Shown here in pieces: positions 16,785-25,362 of a stretch of 32,000 bases of DNA. The stretch covers positions 1-32,000 of the forward strand of contig NZ_BCZK01000021.1 in NCBI RefSeq assembly GCF_001598695.1, given 5' to 3'. Position numbers and translations under genes: made by a program. The stretch comes from Klebsiella oxytoca NBRC 105695. GTDB lineage: Bacteria > Pseudomonadota > Gammaproteobacteria > Enterobacterales > Enterobacteriaceae. Under the pieces are notes generated by a model that was given only the letters and a program-made list of their open reading frames with translations, had not been told where the DNA came from and ran no database searches. How positions within the stretch are numbered: position 1 is the first letter of the stretch; every line of letters starts with the position of its first letter.

Positions 16785-17963
16785 TTACTGGAGCTTATTA
16801 AACACGCGCGCCACGCGACCGCTGCCGCTGACCTGTACCGGTGATTCGTTGTGCGCCACGAAAGCCGACTCGCCCGGCTTCAGCGTCAGACGCTGTTCGC
16901 CTTTCACGATCGTTGCTTCACCCTCGACGCAGAACAGGATCGCCGCGCTATCCTGGGCGATGGTGGACGCCTGCGCTGAAAGGTCGTGCAGTGAGAAAGC
17001 AAAATCGTCAACCGGGATGGGGAAGTCCAGCTCCGCGCCGTGAATGACCGGCTGGGTCAGGAGTTCGCCAGCGGGTTTGGGTTCAAATTTGACGTTTGCC
17101 ACCAGCTCCGGAATATCAATGTACTTCGGCGTCAATCCCGCGCGCAGGACGTTATCGGAGTTGGCCATCACCTCCAGCGCCACGCCCTGCAGGTAGGCGT
17201 GCGGCGTTTCCGCAAACAGGAACATCGCCTCGCCGGGATTCAGCTTGACCACGTTGAGCAGTAGCGGAGAGAAAAGGCCGCTATCGTCCGGATAGAACTC
17301 GGCGATCAGGCGGATAGTCTGCCACGGTTCTCCCTGCTCGCTGTCCAGCGCTCTCTGCAGTACGCTCAGGGCGTGCGCTTTTTCGTCGCCTTTCATGTTC
17401 AGCAGGCTGGCAAACAGCTGGCTCAGATGGGCGGCGTCAGGCTGCGCCAGGAACTGCGCTATTGCCGGATGTGCTTCAGCTACCGGCTGCAGCAGCTTCA
17501 CGATTTCGGAAAACTCGCGGAAGGCGTTCATGGCAAGGAATGGCGTTAACGCGAAAACCAGCTCCGGCTTGTGGTTCGGATCTTTATAGTTACGTTCGGC
17601 GGCATCAAGCGGGATCCCGGCGGCATTCTCTTTGGCAAACCCGATTTCCGAGGCCCGTTTGTTCGGGTGAACCTGAATAGAGAGCGGCTGGGCGGCGCAC
17701 AGCACTTTAAACAGGAACGGCAGTTCACCAAAACGCTCGGCAACTTTGGCGCCAAGCAGGGTCGTTTTATCGCTCTCGATTGCATCGCGCAGAGAACGCG
17801 GCGTTCCGGCGTCATCGAGAATTTGCGAGCTGCTCTTCGGATGCGCGCCCATCCACAGCTCCGCCATCGGCAGGTTGTTTGGGTTAGCAATGCCATAAAG
17901 TTCGGTTAAGGCGGTATGACTTCCCCAGGCGTAATTTTGCACTGAGTTGATGAGTTTTTGCAT
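16785..17963 (-). CDS. manA: Mannose-6-phosphate isomerase, type I (392 aa)
   Basis: The track start is an upstream TTG. The ATG at 17963 gives MQKLINSVQNYAWGS..., with motifs PLSIQVHPNK and TPHAYLQGVALEVMANSDNVLRAGLTPKYID. Confidence 0.95.
   Translation of the reverse strand: MQKLINSVQNYAWGSHTALTELYGIANPNNLPMAELWMGAHPKSSSQILDDAGTPRSLRDAIESDKTTLLGAKVAERFGELPFLFKVLCAAQPLSIQVHPNKRASEIGFAKENAAGIPLDAAERNYKDPNHKPELVFALTPFLAMNAFREFSEIVKLLQPVAEAHPAIAQFLAQPDAAHLSQLFASLLNMKGDEKAHALSVLQRALDSEQGEPWQTIRLIAEFYPDDSGLFSPLLLNVVKLNPGEAMFLFAETPHAYLQGVALEVMANSDNVLRAGLTPKYIDIPELVANVKFEPKPAGELLTQPVIHGAELDFPIPVDDFAFSLHDLSAQASTIAQDSAAILFCVEGEATIVKGEQRLTLKPGESAFVAHNESPVQVSGSGRVARVFNKLQ
17099..17106 (-). other. Chi site (GCTGGTGG on the minus strand)
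   Basis: CCACCAGC on the plus strand. Confidence 0.6.
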
Positions 17964-18160
17964 TCTCAATCCCTGTTTCCACTTGATAGTAATGGCACTA
18001 TTAAACCAGCAAACGCCCGAGAAGCAACCGGTGCGAAGAAAAAGTCGTCCTTGTCTCAGTTTTTGTTAAAAAATTGTGTAGAATCGATCGACTCGCTTTT
18101 CTACGGGCAAATGGAGTGTCTGCCTGAAATATAATCAGCCAAGCAGTAAGTGAGAGCACA

Positions 18161-19807
18161 ATGTCGAATAAACCCTTTGTATATCAGGATCCTTTTCCAC
18201 TGAAAAAGGACGATACCGAGTATTACCTCCTCAGCAGTGATTACGTCTCCGTCGCCGAATTCGCCGGCCAGGAAGTTCTGAAAGTTGAACCTCAGGCGCT
18301 AACTTTACTGGCACAGCACGCTTTCCACGACGCCTCCTTTATGCTTCGCCCGGCTCACCAGCAGCAGGTCGCCGATATTCTCAACGACCCGGAAGCCAGC
18401 GACAACGATAAATACGTGGCGCTACAGTTCTTGCGCAACTCGGATATTGCCGCCAAAGGCGTGCTGCCGACCTGCCAGGACACCGGTACCGCAATTATCA
18501 CCGGCAAGAAAGGTCAGCGCGTGTGGACCGGCGGCGGCGATGAAGCCGCGCTGGCGCAGGGCGTGTACAACACCTATATCCAGGATAACCTGCGCTATTC
18601 GCAGAACGCGCCGCTGGATATGTATAAAGAGGTCAACACCGGCACTAACCTGCCTGCGCAAATCGACCTCTACGCTACCGACGGCGAGGAGTACAAATTC
18701 CTCTGCATCGCCAAAGGCGGCGGCTCGGCTAACAAAACCTATCTGTATCAGGAAACCAAAGCGTTAATTACTCCGGCGAAGCTGAAAAATTACCTCGTCG
18801 AGAAGATGCGCACGCTGGGGACCGCGGCCTGCCCGCCGTACCATATTGCTTTTGTGATTGGCGGTACGTCGGCGGAGTCTACTCTGAAAACCGTTAAGCT
18901 GGCCTCAACGAAGTATTACGATGGTCTGCCGACCGAGGGCAACGAGCACGGCCAGGCCTTCCGCGATATTCAGCTCGAAAACGAGCTGTTGCTGGAAGCG
19001 CAGAACCTTGGCCTCGGTGCGCAGTTTGGCGGTAAATATTTCGCCCACGATATTCGCGTCATCCGCCTGCCGCGCCACGGCGCCTCATGTCCGGTGGGCA
19101 TGGGCGTTTCCTGCTCCGCGGATCGCAACATCAAAGCGAAGATCAACCGCGAGGGGATCTGGATTGAGAAACTGGAGAGCAATCCGGGCAAGTATATTCC
19201 CGAGCATCTGCGTCAGGCCGGCGAGGGAGAAGCGGTTAAGGTCAATCTGAACCAGCCGATGAGCGATATTCTGGCGCTGCTGTCGCAGTATCCGGTGTCG
19301 ACCCGCCTGTCGCTGAGCGGTACGATTATCGTGGCGCGCGATATCGCCCACGCCAGGCTGAAAGAGCTCATCGATAATGGCGAGGAATTGCCGCAGTACG
19401 TCAAGGACCACCCGATCTACTACGCGGGCCCGGCGAAAACCCCTGACGGCTACGCTTCCGGTTCTCTTGGCCCGACCACCGCAGGCCGTATGGACTCCTA
19501 CGTCGATCTGCTGCAGGCGCATGGAGCGAGTAAAATCATGTTAGCCAAAGGTAACCGCAGCCAGCAGGTGACCGACGCCTGTCACAAGCACGGCGGTTTC
19601 TACCTCGGCAGCATCGGCGGTCCGGCGGCGGTACTGGCGCAGCAGAGCATCCGTAGTCTGGAGTGCGTGGCCTGGCCGGAGCTGGGGATGGAGGCTATCT
19701 GGAAAATTGAAGTGGAAGACTTCCCGGCGTTTATCCTCGTGGATGATAAGGGCAATGACTTCTTCCAGCAGATCCAGAGTTCGCAGTGCGCCCGCTGCGT
19801 GAGATAA
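18161..19807 (+). CDS. fumA: Fumarate hydratase class I (Fe-S), aerobic (548 aa)
   Basis: [24 protein letters not shown].... It is full-length collinear with E. coli FumA and lies upstream of fumC, as in E. coli. Confidence 0.95.
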   Translation: MSNKPFVYQDPFPLKKDDTEYYLLSSDYVSVAEFAGQEVLKVEPQALTLLAQHAFHDASFMLRPAHQQQVADILNDPEASDNDKYVALQFLRNSDIAAKGVLPTCQDTGTAIITGKKGQRVWTGGGDEAALAQGVYNTYIQDNLRYSQNAPLDMYKEVNTGTNLPAQIDLYATDGEEYKFLCIAKGGGSANKTYLYQETKALITPAKLKNYLVEKMRTLGTAACPPYHIAFVIGGTSAESTLKTVKLASTKYYDGLPTEGNEHGQAFRDIQLENELLLEAQNLGLGAQFGGKYFAHDIRVIRLPRHGASCPVGMGVSCSADRNIKAKINREGIWIEKLESNPGKYIPEHLRQAGEGEAVKVNLNQPMSDILALLSQYPVSTRLSLSGTIIVARDIAHARLKELIDNGEELPQYVKDHPIYYAGPAKTPDGYASGSLGPTTAGRMDSYVDLLQAHGASKIMLAKGNRSQQVTDACHKHGGFYLGSIGGPAAVLAQQSIRSLECVAWPELGMEAIWKIEVEDFPAFILVDDKGNDFFQQIQSSQCARCVR

Positions 19808-19811
19808 GCTC

Positions 19812-19837
19812 AGCCGCCCTTCGGGGCGGTTTTTTTA
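19812..19837 (+). terminator. Rho-independent terminator after fumA
   Basis: AGCCGCCC-ttcg-GGGCGGT followed by TTTTTTT. Confidence 0.85.
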
Positions 19838-19846
19838 TGCCGCTTA

Positions 19847-19866
19847 GCGGCACGAACCACCAAAAT
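19847..19866 (+). promoter_or_regulatory. Candidate SoxS/MarA/Rob box upstream of fumC
   Basis: gcgGCACgaaccaccaaaa was compared with AYnGCACnnWnnRYYAAAY. GCAC, W, R, YY and AAA all match, and only the first and last positions do not. A -10-like CATACT (19887-19892) lies about 21 nt downstream. Confidence 0.3.
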
Positions 19867-19949
19867 AACTTATAAATCTGACCCATACTTTACGCTTTAA
19901 GCAGGTGAGCTTTGTCGCTATTACGCACTTTGAATCCAAGGAGAAAGTA

Positions 19950-21350
19950 ATGACAACGCATCGCAGTGAAAAAGACTCTATGGGCGCAATCGATGTGCCT
20001 GCCAATAGGCTTTGGGGCGCGCAGACTCAGCGCTCGCTGGAACATTTCCGCATCTCGACGGAAAAAATGCCGATCGAGCTTATTCATGCGCTGGCGCTGA
20101 CCAAGCGTGCGGCGGCGAAGGTGAATAACGATCTCGGTCTTCTGAGCGCAGAAAAAGCGCAGGTGATTATTCAGGCTGCGGATGAAGTGCTGGCAGGCAA
20201 GCATCCGGACGAGTTTCCGCTGGCAATCTGGCAAACCGGCTCCGGTACGCAAAGCAACATGAATATGAATGAGGTGCTGGCTAATCGTGCGAGTGAACTG
20301 CTGGGCGGGGTACGCGGGATGGAGCGTAAGGTTCATCCTAACGATGATGTTAACAAGAGCCAGAGCTCTAACGACGTTTTCCCGACGGCGATGCACGTAG
20401 CGGCGATGATTGCGCTTCGGGTAAAGCTGATCCCGCAGCTCAACATTCTGAAGCAAACGCTTAATGATAAATCCCTGGCCTTCAACGATATTGTCAAAAT
20501 CGGCCGCACCCACCTGCAGGATGCGACGCCGCTGACGCTCGGCCAGGAGATCTCAGGATGGGTCGCCATGCTCGAGCATAACCTCCGGCATATTGACCAT
20601 AGCTTGCCCCATCTGGCGGAACTGGCGCTGGGCGGCACGGCGGTGGGAACCGGGCTTAATACCCATCCGGAATACGCGGTACGCGTCGCCGCCGAGCTGG
20701 CGGCCCTGAGCGGCCAACCGTTTGTGACCGCGCCGAACAAGTTTGAAGCGCTGGCGACCGTTGATGCGCTGGTGCATGCCCACGGCGCGCTGAAAGGGCT
20801 GGCCGCTTCGCTGATGAAAATCGCCAACGATGTGCGCTGGCTGGCCTCCGGTCCGCGCTGCGGCATCGGCGAAATTGCGATCCCGGAAAATGAACCGGGG
20901 TCGTCGATTATGCCGGGCAAGGTTAACCCGACCCAGTGCGAGGCCCTCACTATGGTCTGCTGTCAGGTGATGGGTAACGATGTCGCGGTAAACATCGGCG
21001 GCGCTTCGGGCAACTTTGAGCTCAACGTTTACCGCCCGATGGTGATCCACAATTTCCTGCAATCGGTGCGGCTGCTGGCTGATGGGATGGCGAGCTTTAA
21101 TGAGCACTGCGCGACAGGCATTGAACCTAACCGCGAGCGCATCAGCCAGTTGCTCAATGAGTCGCTGATGCTGGTTACCGCCTTGAATACTCATATTGGC
21201 TACGACAAAGCGGCGGAAATTGCCAAAAAGGCGCATAAAGAGGGGTTAACGCTCAAGGCCTCCGCGTTGGCGCTCGGCTACCTGACGGAAGAGGAATTTG
21301 ACCGCTGGGTGCGCCCTGAAGATATGGTAGGCAGTATGGCTATTCGCTAG
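19950..21350 (+). CDS. fumC: Fumarate hydratase class II (466 aa)
   Basis: The track ORF is over-extended. The ATG at 19950 is preceded by AAGGAG and gives [29 protein letters not shown]..., with the class II signature [11 protein letters not shown]. Confidence 0.95.
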   Translation: MTTHRSEKDSMGAIDVPANRLWGAQTQRSLEHFRISTEKMPIELIHALALTKRAAAKVNNDLGLLSAEKAQVIIQAADEVLAGKHPDEFPLAIWQTGSGTQSNMNMNEVLANRASELLGGVRGMERKVHPNDDVNKSQSSNDVFPTAMHVAAMIALRVKLIPQLNILKQTLNDKSLAFNDIVKIGRTHLQDATPLTLGQEISGWVAMLEHNLRHIDHSLPHLAELALGGTAVGTGLNTHPEYAVRVAAELAALSGQPFVTAPNKFEALATVDALVHAHGALKGLAASLMKIANDVRWLASGPRCGIGEIAIPENEPGSSIMPGKVNPTQCEALTMVCCQVMGNDVAVNIGGASGNFELNVYRPMVIHNFLQSVRLLADGMASFNEHCATGIEPNRERISQLLNESLMLVTALNTHIGYDKAAEIAKKAHKEGLTLKASALALGYLTEEEFDRWVRPEDMVGSMAIR

Positions 21351-22272
21351 CCAGCCACAGGTGCAGTCGCGGAATCATTAGCCTGAGCGATTGCGCCTGC
21401 GGTTTATAACGATACTGCACGTTCCCGGCGTCATAGTTCAGAAGCTCTCCGAGGTCCGGCACGCTAACGCCCTGCGTGCCGGATATCAGCGCGATCATCG
21501 GCCCTGGACAGGCGTATTGCACCTGCTTTTGCTGCCCGCTATACCACACCCTGGCGATAGGCTGAACCTTTACCGGCCTCTTTATCTTCAGCTTCGCCCG
21601 CTGCGGCAGGGCGGCAATATCCTGGTACTCTCGCTCCAGCTTGCTTTGCCACTGTTCGCGCGTCCACGGCGGAACCGCGCGGGGCGACTGAAGACTTTTT
21701 TCCAGTTGCATGAGAACCTGGTCGCGGGTGAGATTTTTAATCACATGCTTATTGGCCCAGCCGAAGCGGATAGTGCTCGGGTCAATTAACGGGGTGAGCG
21801 TGCGATAGGCGCTCAGCGTGATCAGTCCCGGCAGGTGGCGATGGACCCACTCAAATCGTGCGGTAGCGGGAAGACCGGAATCGACGGTGATAATCTTCTC
21901 GAAGGTCGCTTTAAGAACGTTGATATGGGCGATCTTGCGTAATAGTTCTGCCTGCTCGCTGGCCTCAGTTCGCAGGCAGATCGCGCCGGGCAAACGCACG
22001 GCAGCCTTACTGCTGCGGGTTTCCGACTGCTGCTGGATAAACAGGTGGCTATAGTGTTTGAGCGCCATCTCCAGCGCGGGTTTACCGGTGTGCTGAACCA
22101 CGTTGATGTTCTCCAGCGGCTGGTGTTCGGCATCTTTGCTGACCGGCGGCAGCTCAAAGACGCGCGCAGCCAGCAGACGGCACTGGCTCAGGGCCTGTTT
22201 AAGCGCCTGCAGTTCACGCTCGAGCTGGCGAAAGGTGTCGTTCAAACGTTCAACGAGGTCATAGCTGGCCAT
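21340..22272 (-). CDS. tus: Tus, DNA replication terminus site-binding protein (310 aa)
   Basis: [22 protein letters not shown]...[16 protein letters not shown]... is collinear with E. coli Tus. Its 3' end overlaps the convergent fumC by 11 nt. Confidence 0.95.
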   Translation of the reverse strand: MASYDLVERLNDTFRQLERELQALKQALSQCRLLAARVFELPPVSKDAEHQPLENINVVQHTGKPALEMALKHYSHLFIQQQSETRSSKAAVRLPGAICLRTEASEQAELLRKIAHINVLKATFEKIITVDSGLPATARFEWVHRHLPGLITLSAYRTLTPLIDPSTIRFGWANKHVIKNLTRDQVLMQLEKSLQSPRAVPPWTREQWQSKLEREYQDIAALPQRAKLKIKRPVKVQPIARVWYSGQQKQVQYACPGPMIALISGTQGVSVPDLGELLNYDAGNVQYRYKPQAQSLRLMIPRLHLWLASE

Positions 22273-22280
22273 ATTTCTCC

Positions 22281-22303
22281 ACCTTAGTTACAACATACTT
22301 TAT
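22281..22303 (-). other. TerB-type replication terminus (Ter) site
   Basis: The minus strand reads ATAAAGTATGTTGTAACTAAGGT, versus E. coli TerB AATAAGTATGTTGTAACTAAAGT (from memory). The GTTGTAAC core is intact. The site lies 9 nt upstream of the tus ATG and overlaps its SD (AAGGTGGAG). Confidence 0.9.
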
Positions 22304-22348
22304 GTTTTTTTAAACTATAGCAGACCTCAGCTCCTGCGCAAGGGCTCA

Positions 22349-23650
22349 TCAGGCCGAGGTAAAATTCGGCAGCTGATGATAAACCGGCCAGCTAAAACAA
22401 AAACAGGCGCCACCGAGCTCGCTCGCCTGGCAATGGACTTCGCCAGCCATTGCCTGGGCAATACTGTGGACGATAGCCAAACCAAGACCGCAGCCGCCGG
22501 TGGCGCGATCGCGGCTGGGGTCGAGACGAACAAACGGCTCGAACACTTTCTCCCGCTCAGCGGGCGCGATACCTGGACCATCATCTTCGACGCGCAGCGT
22601 TGCGCGCGAACCCTGCAGCGTCAGGCTGACCTGAATACGCTGGTTACTGTAGCGCAGGGCGTTGTTCACGAGGTTATCCAGCACTCGTTCCATTAAGCGC
22701 ATGTCCAGCGCGCCGTAATTTCCGTCCACGACTTCGCTTAGCGCAACGTCGCGCTGGGGATTCACCGCCTGAATATCTTCTACGCGATCGCCGAGCCACG
22801 CCGGGAAATTGGGGGTCGTCAGCTTCAGTTCATTCTGCGGGCGATCGAGGCGCGCATAGGTCAGCAGCTCTTCAATCAGGGCCTCCAGCTGGCCGATATC
22901 GCGATTTAACGCCTGTGATTCGGCTTCTGTAAGGTTCTCGCTCATCTCCAGGCGGTAGCGCAGACGCACCAGCGGGGTGCGCAGTTCATGGGCAATACCG
23001 TCGATCAGCTGTTTTTTGCTGGCGATAAGCGCGTTGATATTATCGGCCATCTGATTAAACGCCACGCCCAGCCGTTCGAAGCTGGACATGCTATCGAAGT
23101 GGATCCGCTCGCTAAGATGCCCGTCGCCGAAGCGCTGAGCGGCGGTTTCGATACGCAGCATATCCTGCCAGTGGGGGCGCATCCAGATGAATACGGGAAA
23201 GGCCAGCGAAATAGCAATGAAGGCCATCAGAGCCAGATCCAGCAGGCGCATCTCATGCAAAAAATAGAGATACGGTACCGGGCCGACGGAGAGCACGTAG
23301 TGGCTACGAGGGATACGCTGAATAAAGGTGTACTGATCGTCCAGGGCTACGATATCGCCAGCGCGCAGATGCTGCATCGAGTTTTCCGAGAGCTTGAATT
23401 TGCTGATAGGCTCGATATGCAGATCGAATGAAAGATTAAGGTCCAGCTCTTTGAGCGTTTTGCTCCAGTCGCGCGGCGGGATCTCGCGCAGCTCGCTGCG
23501 CATCAGATACAGCGAGCTCTTCATCAAATCATCCAGCGACTGGCGGCCTGCTCGCTCGGCGGTAAATTTGTACACCAGGCCGACCATCATCGTCATTACC
23601 AGAAAACAGACGAACAGCAGGAGGTAAAACTGCACAAACAGCTTTTTCAT
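22349..23650 (-). CDS. rstB: RstB sensor histidine kinase (433 aa)
   Basis: Two TM segments, H-box GIAHELRTPL, and ATP-binding boxes EDDGPGI and GGCGLGLAIV. It lies downstream of rstA. Confidence 0.94.
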   Translation of the reverse strand: MKKLFVQFYLLLFVCFLVMTMMVGLVYKFTAERAGRQSLDDLMKSSLYLMRSELREIPPRDWSKTLKELDLNLSFDLHIEPISKFKLSENSMQHLRAGDIVALDDQYTFIQRIPRSHYVLSVGPVPYLYFLHEMRLLDLALMAFIAISLAFPVFIWMRPHWQDMLRIETAAQRFGDGHLSERIHFDSMSSFERLGVAFNQMADNINALIASKKQLIDGIAHELRTPLVRLRYRLEMSENLTEAESQALNRDIGQLEALIEELLTYARLDRPQNELKLTTPNFPAWLGDRVEDIQAVNPQRDVALSEVVDGNYGALDMRLMERVLDNLVNNALRYSNQRIQVSLTLQGSRATLRVEDDGPGIAPAEREKVFEPFVRLDPSRDRATGGCGLGLAIVHSIAQAMAGEVHCQASELGGACFCFSWPVYHQLPNFTSA

Positions 23651-23665
23651 AGCCAGATCCGTAAA

Positions 23666-24385
23666 TTAATTGTCCCACGCGTGCGGGGCGAATAAATAGC
23701 CTTTATTGCGTACCGTTTTGATGCGATAAGGCTCAGTCGCGTTGTCGAGAAGCTTTTTGCGCAAACGCGAAATGGCGACGTCGACGCTGCGGTCCATACC
23801 ATCGTAGCTTACGCCGCGCAGGTTTTTTAATAGCGCATCCCGATCCATAATTTGTCCTGCGTGGGTCGCCAGCTCCCATAACAGATCGAAATCCGCGGTG
23901 GACAACGCGACGTTTTCCCCGCTGAGCATAACCTGACGATTGACCGGATCGATACTCAGCGAACCAAAAGCGATCGCTTTATGCGGCGTCAGCGAGGAGG
24001 GGACGCCGCTACTGTCCTGGGGGGGGACATGCTGGCGCAAATGCAGACGCAGTCGGGCTAACAGCACTGCGGGTGGCGTTGTTTTCAGAATATAATCGCT
24101 GGCGCCCATTTCGAGCGACAGGATATGGTTCATATCGCTATCCAGTGACGTAAGCAGCACGATGGGCCCTTGCCACTGGCCGCGTAAATCCCGGCACAAC
24201 GTCATCCCATCTTTACCGGGCAGCATGATATCCAGCAGCACCAGATCGGGCTTTTCGCGCGCGATAACCTCTTCGGCACGGTCACCGCGAGGCTCAACCA
24301 CGACGTCCATATCATGTTTCCCGAGATAGGCCGCAATCAGCGCGCCTACTTCGGCATCATCCTCAACGAAAACAATTTTATTCAT
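23666..24385 (-). CDS. rstA: RstA, OmpR/PhoB-family response regulator (239 aa)
   Basis: The track ORF is over-extended. The ATG at 24385 gives MNKIVFVEDDAEVG..., with receiver Asp context LVLLDIMLPGKDG and winged-helix C-terminus RIKTVRNKGYLF. It has the same length as E. coli RstA. Confidence 0.93.
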   Translation of the reverse strand: MNKIVFVEDDAEVGALIAAYLGKHDMDVVVEPRGDRAEEVIAREKPDLVLLDIMLPGKDGMTLCRDLRGQWQGPIVLLTSLDSDMNHILSLEMGASDYILKTTPPAVLLARLRLHLRQHVPPQDSSGVPSSLTPHKAIAFGSLSIDPVNRQVMLSGENVALSTADFDLLWELATHAGQIMDRDALLKNLRGVSYDGMDRSVDVAISRLRKKLLDNATEPYRIKTVRNKGYLFAPHAWDN

Positions 24386-24695
24386 AGCGTGTATGCTTAC
24401 ACTCATCTCTGGCTGATTGAATCTGTTGCCCTTAGGCGCGGTCAGTGCCACGCTTAAGGCATCATCAGGGCGTAGCCCGTTAATTCACTGTTGTCATTGT
24501 AAACTATTCGGGCATCAATATGAGCTATGAGTTAGCGATGAAATTCGCTATGATGGCTGAATTCGCGCAATGATTGATCAGATTTATGCTTTGCCGCGCG
24601 TTTAGCGCATCGTGCTGGATGCGGGCAGGACTGGCTGAAGAGCTTCTGCCCGTACAAAATAGATGCTGCTAAATTAAGGTGAGATCGAAGCTGCC

Positions 24696-25043
24696 TTATT
24701 CCATGCTCTTTTGCCTGGCGCCGTAGGGGCAGAGGACGAATTTGCAGATGCTTCTTCGGTTGCAAATTAGCAGCGTTGGATTTTGATTGCCGGGGCACTG
24801 GATAAACTTTGTCAGCGTTGACCATAGCTTTTCGCTATAGGGAAAAGCATGAATAACCTGTAAGTCGCCGGGCTCACCGTTTATGAAGACGTCATCTTGC
24901 GTGATGTTAATAACCGAACCGATGTTCAAAAAATAATCTCCATTATACCATATAATTAATTTCAGATTTCTGGCACTGGCCGCAACTGAAAATCCTGTTC
25001 CAGTTAAAGGACATACAAGACTATTTTCAATATTCCACTCCAT
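24696..25043 (-). CDS. Orphan hypothetical protein (115 aa) at the edge of the AT-rich island
   Basis: The ATG at 25043 has GGAGAG 8 nt upstream, while the track start at 25073 has no SD. The product MEWNIENSLVCPLTGTGFSVAASARNLKLIIWYNGDYFLNIGSVINITQDD... has no family I recognise. The 5' two-thirds is AT-rich and the 3' tail is GC-richer and Cys-rich. Confidence 0.35.
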   Translation of the reverse strand: MEWNIENSLVCPLTGTGFSVAASARNLKLIIWYNGDYFLNIGSVINITQDDVFINGEPGDLQVIHAFPYSEKLWSTLTKFIQCPGNQNPTLLICNRRSICKFVLCPYGARQKSME

Positions 25044-25332
25044 GCTAGACGCTCTCCAGTAATTCACGAGCATTTTCGCGTTGATAAATATAGTTTAATG
25101 AGTTTCAGATGCTTTTGGATTGTGTATAACGCAGGTCCGAACATGAAGATTCCTTTAGCTGGTTCTTATTCAGGCTAATATAAAATGATTGCGGTTATAT
25201 GAGTGTCTAATACTAGTAAAGATAATAGCAACAAGTAAAAGATTCGAAAAACTCGGCAGGAGTGAACTAATAAACTGAAATGCATGTTATGAACAGAATT
25301 ATATTCTGCAATGGATATTATGTTTAGATCGA

Positions 25333-25362
25333 AAGATCGTAAAATCAGTTAATTACGATCTT
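25333..25362. repeat. Inverted repeat with 10-bp arms, carrying GATC sites, inside the AT-rich island
   Basis: AAGATCGTAA-aatcagttaa-TTACGATCTT has perfect 10-bp arms. The tandem AGATCG-aa-AGATCG starts at 25326. Three GATC sites fall within 25327-25360. Confidence 0.6.

Noticed and set aside
20333-21236. Minus-strand ORFs of 205 and 227 aa inside fumC, plus 207 aa at 19890-20513
   Set aside because: They are antisense to fumC. The products are low-complexity and R/A-rich, and there is no independent support.
24386-24530. PhoP box upstream of rstA (rstA is PhoP-activated in E. coli)
   Set aside because: I found only one half-site-like element (TAGTTTA on the minus strand, around 24500-24506). 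No second (T/G)GTTTA lies at the required 5-nt spacing.
24532-24825. 97-aa minus-strand ORF overlapping the 3' part of the orphan ORF
   Set aside because: Its product is highly basic and low-complexity (…QPKKHLQIRPLPLRRQAKEHGIRQLRSH…). It has no SD, overlaps another frame and sits in a region that looks like decayed sequence. I found no basis to call it.
25175-25285. 36-aa hydrophobic minus-strand ORF (MHFSLLVHSCRVFRIFYLLLLSLLVLDTHITAIILY) as a possible type I toxin
   Set aside because: It has no Shine-Dalgarno, no resemblance to the Hok/Ldr/Ibs/TisB/ShoB/Zor families I know, and no obvious antisense RNA promoter. T-rich DNA yields F/L/I/Y-rich ORFs by chance.
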